Source of the DNA: Bugula neritina
Taxonomy: Eukaryota > Animalia > Bryozoa
Assembly (NCBI GenBank): GCA_964035545.1
Contig: OZ037767.1
Location: 28,722,628-28,786,627 of the forward strand
Direction: 5' to 3'
Length of the DNA stretch: 64,000 nt
Of this stretch, positions 56,380 to 64,000 are shown piece after piece (position 1 is the stretch's first letter; each line of letters begins with the position of its first letter). The notes beneath the pieces were generated by a model. That model was not told where the DNA came from, did no database searches, and was given only the letters and a program-made list of their open reading frames with translations. The position numbers and the translations under genes are program-made.

Positions 56380-58475
56380 TGCTATAATAGCTGAAATAGT
56401 TGCATAGTTGATACTAATTCTATTGTAAAATACTAACAATTGGTTAACAATATAAAATATAACAACTGCTTATATACAAGAAATATTCCATCATCCTAAA
56501 CCTTAACATTCTCATGATGCATGTTAAGAGCTAGAAGGGAACAACAAAATAAACTCCTTGTTACCCATTTAGTTAACCAATAAAAGTTTATGGTAACTCT
56601 GGTTAGTTGAAATAGGTGAGAGTGACAATGACTAAAGTAGAATGAGCTCTCAAAGAGACTACCACCCATTTTAGTGATGTAGGAATTATCTATCATAGCT
56701 AGTGATGACCATAATGTTATTGTGTGATACACAGCACGTTGTTTAATGAAAAGTAACTCTCTCACAACTAGAAATATCTTACCTTAGAATGCTGGCTGCT
56801 CCAAAATAATATGTTGTAAAAGTAAGAATAATCTAGCAGCTCCAAAAGCAGTACAATGGGCAAGTGTTCCTATCCTATGCTCCTGCTCTCATTTTATATG
56901 AAACTTGTAACACCATGAAGTACTAACAATAGGAAAGGGATCCGAGATCTTGGAGTATTGATGACGCCACAAAAGGGATAATAGCCCACAATGCTCACTA
57001 GTATGGCAACATGTACAAGTGGTTGAGTAGTTGGGAAATCCTAGAGTCATGCTATTTTAAAATGAATTTGTTCTGTAAATGCTTTGGATATGAAATGGTA
57101 TAGAGAATTAAGAATATTTATCTCACCCCTTCTATTTAACTCCTTTTATCTCACTCCTTCTATCATAACACTTTCATCTCACTCCGGCCTTCTATCTTAC
57201 CCCTTCTATCTCACCCTTTCTATCTTACCCCTTCTATCTCACCCCTTCTATCTTACCCCTTCTATCTCACCCTTTCTATCTTACCCCTTTTATCTCACCC
57301 TTTCTATCTTACCCCTTCTATATCTCAACCCTTTTTTCTGTTTTGGTTTTAAAGAATGATTACATGAAATTTGACAAAAGTAATTCTTAATAATCACTAA
57401 TGGGAATCTTAGAACATAATTATGTATTTAATTCACGTTTTATTATTCTGTTATAGCACTGTTCTATTATGACTTTGTACAGGTAACAATGAAATTAGTA
57501 AGAATTTGTCCACATGTTTACCACATTCTTTGGTATATGCTGTTATTAAAAGTGGTTGCTCTCTGTCCTAAATCTCATTCCAGGAGTTTGTCAAGGAACT
57601 TAAGCTAGTCAGTATGCACTCTGCTGAATTCTATTAACTACGATTGTTCTCTGGCTGAGAGAACTGGTATAGTTATTCTGGTTTTATATTACAAGTGAGG
57701 TATCTTGGTAGTTCACTATGCATGAACAGCAATAAGTAAAAACAATAAAAGTCTGCTACATGCAGGTACGTAATATATGCATTGATTACAATTAGTAATA
57801 ATCATAGTGCTAATGAAAAGGAATTCATAAAAAGGTCTGAAAAAAGCATCTATGACTAATATTGGATTTCCCCAAACGAGTGATGGTCATTCTTAATGCA
57901 TGGGATGATGATGCATGGACACTCTTGAAGCATGGGATGCACATTATACCAACCTTTATATAATAATGTCATTTAAAGTGGTTTATAAATATTGCTTACT
58001 TATGCCTGGAATACAGACAGACTAAGTCATGCTAACTAAGTAGTAACTATCTACAGCACAACACATAGACTATAATAGAGTAACATTAAGATGGTGGTAG
58101 GTATTATAGAGTACTAGTTTCACTTTTTTTGAAAAGAAACCCAACAGCTGAAAGTTTAATTTCATTTCTACATATCTAACTGGTGTGTGCTAGGAATAAT
58201 TTACCTGCTACTATCTATATTTCTCATAGGTCACTCAGTTGTCTAATTTATAAACAATGCTTTAATGGGGAAATTTAGCAAAAAGCTATTTTAGCTGTAT
58301 AGTTTCAATAAGAAGTCCTTTTTACATGTTAGCAACTTTATTGACTTAATTCAGTAATAAAAATACAACCAATGCTGCTAGCTTTAATCAACTTGCAACT
58401 TAATAAATGAGTTAACATCTGAAGAATAATATTAAAGATAGTTCCAGAAAACTAAGTTAAAGGTTGGTTCCATAT

Positions 58476-58655
58476 TCAAACAGCTCCCACATCAGCCGTA
58501 GCAGAGTTCCCAAGTCCATACTTCCGTAGATAAATCTCAATCATCCTTTCCCACTGACTTCTGATACTCTCTGCTGTTTCATGGACCTCCTCAAACTCTA
58601 CTACTTCTGTACCTCCATCATCGGGTTGGTGCAGGTTGTCCAGAGTGTCTGGCAT
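58476..58655 (-). CDS. 59-aa microprotein, copy 6 (MPD type)
   Basis: Intact ORF; donor ~59190, TATA-like site ~59320. Confidence 0.7.
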   Translation of the reverse strand: MPDTLDNLHQPDDGGTEVVEFEEVHETAESIRSQWERMIEIYLRKYGLGNSATADVGAV

Positions 58656-59554
58656 TGCTATAATAACTGAAATACAAGTGCCCATATAGTTGTATAGTTG
58701 TATAGTTGATACTAATTCTATCATAGAATACTAACACTTGTTAAACAATACCAATATGACAACTGCTTATATAACTATTCCAACATCCTAAATGTTACCA
58801 TGTTTATGGATATGTTCATGTATTTTATGTGCATGCTAAGGGCTGAATAGGAACAGCAGAATAAACTACTTGTTACCCATAACAAAATTTAAACACTTGA
58901 AAAAACAGTCTTTCAACATTTTGCACCTACTTTTGACCTAAATTTTTGTCTGATTATAATATTTACTATAATTCATAATTTTCTTTAACCAATAAAAGTT
59001 TATGGTAACTCTGGTTAGTTAAAATAGGTGAGAGTGACAATGACTAAAGTAGAATGAGCTCTCAAAGAGACCACCACCAATTTTAGTGATGTAGGAATTA
59101 TCTATCATAGCTAGTGATGACCATAATGTTATTGTGTGATACACAGCACGTTGTTTAATGAAAAGTAACTCTCTCACAACTAGAAATATCTTACCTTAAA
59201 ATGCTGGCTGCTCCAAAATAATATGTTGTAAAAGTAAGAATAATGTGGTGTCTCCAAGGGCAGTACAATGGGTAGACAAGTGTTTTTCTGCTGTGAGTTA
59301 ATGCTTTTGCTGTCACTTGTTATATAGATTGTAACACCATGGAGGCTTTACACTTTTGAGTTTCCCTTCAGCCTATCACTGCGCGGCATTTCAAATCACC
59401 GTACAACACAGTAATTGTAGGAAGCAGTTCCTACAATTATACTGTGATAAAAGTATTGACTAGGTCAACATGCGACAATACAACCATACCGTTGGCAGTA
59501 TGACAAGGCTGTGACTTGGTGTTTGTTTGTAGATTAGTGGCTATGATAGACTAT

Positions 59555-59715
59555 CACTGCGTTAATTCCATTATCGCATTATGCGAATGGATTTTTTCAT
59601 TCGGCTAATGGAAACAGTTACATCGAATGAAACCGCAACTATAAGCAAACCACAAACCAGAAATGATCCGTACGGGGCATTCATTCGCATTATGCGCAGT
59701 CATGGAAACGCAGTG
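59555..59715. mobile_element. Small degenerate MITE with CACTGCGTT ends
   Basis: Left cactgcgttaattccat, right catggaaacgcagtg; internal tcgcattatgcg repeats. Confidence 0.55.
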
Positions 59716-59944
59716 GGTATAGTCTATAGACTATAGAAGTTTATTTTGAATAGGGAGCAGTCACGATTCACTCATGTGGCATGCCTGATATTAATAGCCC
59801 ATAGTTATGCAACAAGCGGATTGACTCTAATAGTTTTGATCACACTATCTTAACTTTGCATATTACATTTTCAACTCTCCCTCTCTCATACTTGAAAAAT
59901 ATATGAGTGGGAATTATTAATCCAATTCCACATTATTTTTTGAA

Positions 59945-60250
59945 TTTCACATTATATTCACACCTTTCACACCTATAGGGTCGTAGTCCTGCACGGGTGA
60001 CCGGTCTGCAGGTTTCCAATCTCTATCAGCGTCTGCCATCTTTCCCTGTCTTCTGCATCTTCTGGTTTAAGATCCCATTGCTTCATGTCATCTCCTATCG
60101 TGTCCATCCATGTTCGTTTGGGCCGTCCTCTCTTTCTCTTTTCCACTATTTTCAACTCAGTCACATATTTAATATCCTCTTCACTATCTCTCCTCTGCAC
60201 ATGACCATACCACTGAAGTCTTCTCTTCCTCATATGCCTAGACGCAGGTT
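59945..60250 (-). mobile_element. 3' fragment of an RTE-type non-LTR retrotransposon
   Basis: RRLQWYGHVQRR...RKRGRPKRTWMDTIGDDM...DRERW is typical of RTE ORF C-termini; short tgtgaa repeat tail after the stop. Confidence 0.85.
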
Positions 60251-60651
60251 TAACCTTAGCTCCTTATGCCTTCATTCCTAACATGATCCTCCCAATTTAT
60301 TCCCTCTCTGTATATTTAATTATTTTAGTGCAATATAATTATATGTATTTTATGTGCAACTTGTTTGAATGTTATTGAAGTGTATGTATTTATTTAGATA
60401 AATTTTGATCAGTTGTTTGCATTAACAAGTTTATTAATTCTGCATTTTCTATACTTCTTATTGTTTGAAAAAAATAATATTTCAATAAGAAGTATTCATT
60501 AAAGACAATGTCTATTATTAATGTATTCCTGCTTTTTATCCCACACAAATTCGTGAAAATTGGAATATTATTCCACATAATTTATATTAACAATTACTTC
60601 GTGTTTAGCAATCAATACAACAGTTATATGGGTATATATACACGTATATTA

Positions 60652-61141
60652 CTATATATAATCTAACTGGGAAGCTTCTATCTGCATGGAATGATTAACC
60701 TGATTTTCATCATCAACATCAACCAAGCAACAATTGTATTCCAAACAATCAACTGATTGATGAAGGCTATTCAAATAAATGTTTGTTCACCTGAATGAAC
60801 CATTATTAATTGGCAAGTGTAAAAAGTTTCTTTCGTTCATGCTGGTAATTGTGCATAACTTTCTTACATCTTACAAAATACTTGTATTATCATGTAGACT
60901 GTATAATAGAAACATATTCTTATTGTCCATTACAGGCATAAAGGGACAGACAACTTACACAAACATGAGTTTTCAATCAAATAATTTACTTTCTCTAGCT
61001 CTCACAACTTTATGTGAGGTGGATTCTAATAATATAAACATATTTGAGATGACCAGCTGCTTACCATAACGTAGCTGTTGACAAGATCACATCCTGCCAG
61101 ACCTGATGCACAAGCCTATTGGTATCATCCTTAATATCCAT
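60652..61141 (-). CDS. Tentative spliced 63-aa ORF (exons 61065-61141, 60652-60766); could be non-coding
   Basis: tacag acceptor at ~61150, gtaagc donor at 61064, in-frame join to a gaatag acceptor; upstream gtaagt donor near 61797; no homology recognised. Confidence 0.3.
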
Positions 61142-61919
61142 TGTCAAATCTGTATATAGAATAATTACTAATAGCTTCCTCAATGTTAATATACTGTCAC
61201 AATTCTCATTTCAGAAACGTTAAAACAAGGGAGATAACCTACAACTTTTGACTCTATGTTTTACTAACAAGCTTGATTTGTTAATATTATAGTAGCCACC
61301 AGAATATGATTTAAAAAAGTACTTCAATTACTTTTTAAGTGTTCCAACATTATTATAATATGAATAAAGAGAGACAAACATCGATAAGAAGAGCTGAAAC
61401 ACAAGACTAGTTATAAGTTATAATACTTGAAATTATAAAACAGTATTAGACATATTATTTTGATATAATTTGATGTCTAGCCGACTGCGAATTTTGCACA
61501 AGGTCGAATATTACCAAGCAAGCTTTTCAGGGCTTTAAATAATGACAACAAACACGGAAGCACAACTACGAACACTTATAACTGTAGACTTTTCCTGAAC
61601 CCTTTGAAATAATATTGTACTATGGTTTTAATCATTGGTTGAACCGATGTTGTTCCGCCGTGCATTACTTTCGCATCAACTTTCAACATCAGCATGTGTT
61701 TTGATTGATAGATATATTTTCATAATAATAAATCTTAAAAGTTAAATGATGGAAGCAGCTGCGGATTACGACAATATTCTCAAAAAACCCAACTTACGCG
61801 AAGATTTTTAGTTTATAGAGTTGACTTCAAACTCCAAAATTGAGAAACAAAGCATCAACTCTTCTATGCTGATTGATAATCATAATGATTATTTGACGAC
61901 CGAGTGACCGCACAACTAG

Positions 61920-62480
61920 TGAACTATTACTATTAGTATTACCATTACTATTAGTATTACTATTAGTATTACTATTAGTATTAGACAATACTAAGTCTAA
62001 TAATTACTATTACTATTAGTATTACTATTACTATTAAGTATTAGTATTAGACTTAGTATTAGTATCATTATTATTATGATCCATTATTCATTACACTTAC
62101 AGTAACACCAACACTGGCAACAGTGTAACTACAAGTACTCACTACTACTACTACTACTAGTACTACTACTAGTAGTTGTACTCAAGTAAATGTACTGATA
62201 CTCATAGTCATACCCATAGTCATGCTGATAGTGATACTCATACTCATACTGATACTCAGTATGAGTATCACTGAGTGATACTCAGTATGAGTATCACTGA
62301 GTGATACTCAGTATGAGTATCACTGAGTGATACTCATAGTCATACGGATTGTGATACTCACTCCCATAGTTAATGTTATACTGATACTGCTTCTCATACT
62401 GATACTTATTGATACTGATAGTGACTGTGATATTCTAATTCATAAATCATATTGATATTCATATTCTACTTACTTTATAG
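61920..62480. repeat. Degenerate 3/6-bp periodic tract with a 26-bp palindromic repeat (62250-62340) upstream of UBE2J2
   Basis: tattag/tattac/atactc runs; gatactcagtatgagtatcactgagt x3. Confidence 0.7.
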
Positions 62481-63360
62481 TTGCTATTAAGTTTAATTTA
62501 ATATCAAAATCTAAACAGCTTTTATTTTCGTTTTTACTCCTTCATTTTAATAAAAAAAATTTATTTGTTATTGATGTTTTAGTCTCAACTCACTGACAGC
62601 TGTGCAATTTTCTTTTTTGATAGTTTTAGTTATTTTGTGGTTCAGTCTGAGTCTGCTCTAAAATAAGGCCTTGACTAAAAATTTCCTTTTCATTTCTGTA
62701 GCCTGGTTTTAGCCATGGTACTATTGATGCTCACAATAACAGTCATAATCATCATGCAAATTATAATTAAATATTTCAAATTTAATATTGAGTGGTTGTA
62801 AAGTAAAAACCCAATAATGGTAATTTAGAACTAAAACTTAGCTAGTAGAACCAACAGTAACCGAAACTAAACTAAAGTGCAACCCTATGACTAACTTTGA
62901 ACGATCCTTATCTATGCACTCTAGCCAACATACTTGTGCATTACTTGCTAATACATTGACATACAATAATCATAACAAAACTCTATGACTGAGTTTCAGT
63001 GATAATACTCCGGATTTTAAAGTGTAGATTTTAGTTAATTTTTGAGGAAAATGGCTGTAATAACAGATCTATTGTGATTATGTTTATTATTATTGTAACA
63101 ATCAATACACTCTGTAGGACTATGAAGATATTCCCTTTATGTTGAGTGAATGAAAATTTTGATATTAATAGTTTGATTTTCATCAAACCTAATATTAAAA
63201 CCAAATGATGTAGACCTATATATTAGAAAACAAAAAGAAGCAAACTATCTTATGGAACTGATCAAAGACTGGAAGTTTCTTGTTTTTATGAATATTTTTA
63301 TTGAGTATCCAGTCAAACTATTGCTTAATGGTGTTGAATAAATACTTTCAAGCAACAGTG

Positions 63361-63898
63361 ATGTTCAGAAAGTCCCCAAAGACCGAAGTAGCTAATCCAA
63401 CCTCAACTAATAGACTGCAAAAAGATTATTGTCGATTGCTTAAAGATCCTGTGCCATATGTAGTAGCTTGTCCAAAATCTGATAATATACTAGAATGGTA
63501 AGGCAAAGTTGTATCAGCTAACATATTATATTTTGTAGTGTCTTATTGTAGTTGTTTTGAACTGTATTAATATTCTTACTTTAATTATTTGACAAAGTTT
63601 AATATAATAAAATAACTTGATGGAACTTTTGAGTGAAACATATGCTCTTTACTATATTGCCAGGCATTATGTGTTGGCTGGACCACCTGACACTCCTTAC
63701 GATGGTGGCTACTATCATGGTAAACTGTTATTCCCAGCGGAATACCCATTTAAACCACCGAGTATTTATATGATAACTCCTAGTGGAAGATTTGTATGTG
63801 ATACTAGACTTTGCCTATCAATGAGTGACTATCACCCCGAGTCTTGGAATCCTTCGTGGTCGACGTCAACCCTTCTAGTTGGTCTGCTTAGTTTTATG
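63361..63898 (+). CDS. UBE2J2: Ubiquitin-conjugating enzyme E2 J2 (Ubc6-like), exons 63361-63497 and 63664-63898; continues beyond the window
   Basis: [16 protein letters not shown]...NILEW|[43 protein letters not shown]...[18 protein letters not shown]. Confidence 0.93.
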
Positions 63899-64000
63899 GC
63901 AAGTTGTAACCCATCTTCTTGAATATAACTTTAGTTCTTTTTCTAATATAGTATGTGATCTTAGTTCTTTATGTAATATAATATGTGATCTTAGTTTAAT

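Larger units (their letters stand above)
43070..59340. repeat. Tandem segmental duplication with six gene-bearing units, spaced 2.3-3.9 kb
   Basis: Near-identical blocks, e.g. 47700-49900 vs 50150-52260 vs 56580-58470; 43330-44260 vs 53480-54460; 43080-43190 vs 46487-46600. Confidence 0.93.

Noticed and set aside
45849-56765. Recurrent ORFs MRELLFIKQR.../MRKLLSLQR...
   Set aside because: They lie in the intron right after the gtaag donor, start at GTG, vary in length and recur only because the unit is duplicated.
48525-57359. Recurrent ORFs MDMKWYRELRIF...
   Set aside because: Open only across the pyrimidine-rich repeat; no gene signals seen.
58655-61141. Splicing the 61065-61141 exon onto microprotein copy 6 to build a full APC13-like protein
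   Set aside because: Phases are incompatible (2 versus 1); the join hits a stop.

Overview
AT-rich, intron-dense animal genomic DNA, probably from an invertebrate. The ORF track only catches exon fragments, so genes were rebuilt by hand from GT-AG junctions. Left to right: 3' end of a class A GPCR (+); divergent DNAJC11-like gene (-) whose C-terminal exons were not found; orphan secreted 6-Cys protein (+); M14A carboxypeptidase (+); ATE1 (-) head-to-head with SPATA5/AFG2A (+); secreted antistasin/WAP protein (-); IDO (-); a ~16 kb tandem array of six two-exon genes for an unrecognised 59-aa acidic microprotein (-, one copy frameshifted); an RTE-type LINE 3' fragment; a tentative small gene (-); and the start of UBE2J2 (+). 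Main leads: (1) the microprotein array, with a faint by-eye resemblance to APC13; (2) tandem duplications that repeatedly copy splice sites, including an in-frame triplication of the SPATA5 D1 Walker B with its acceptor; (3) degenerate 3/6-bp periodic tracts near the starts of the housekeeping genes only; (4) several MITEs, one only 44 bp long. No CRISPR array, rRNA or tRNA was seen.
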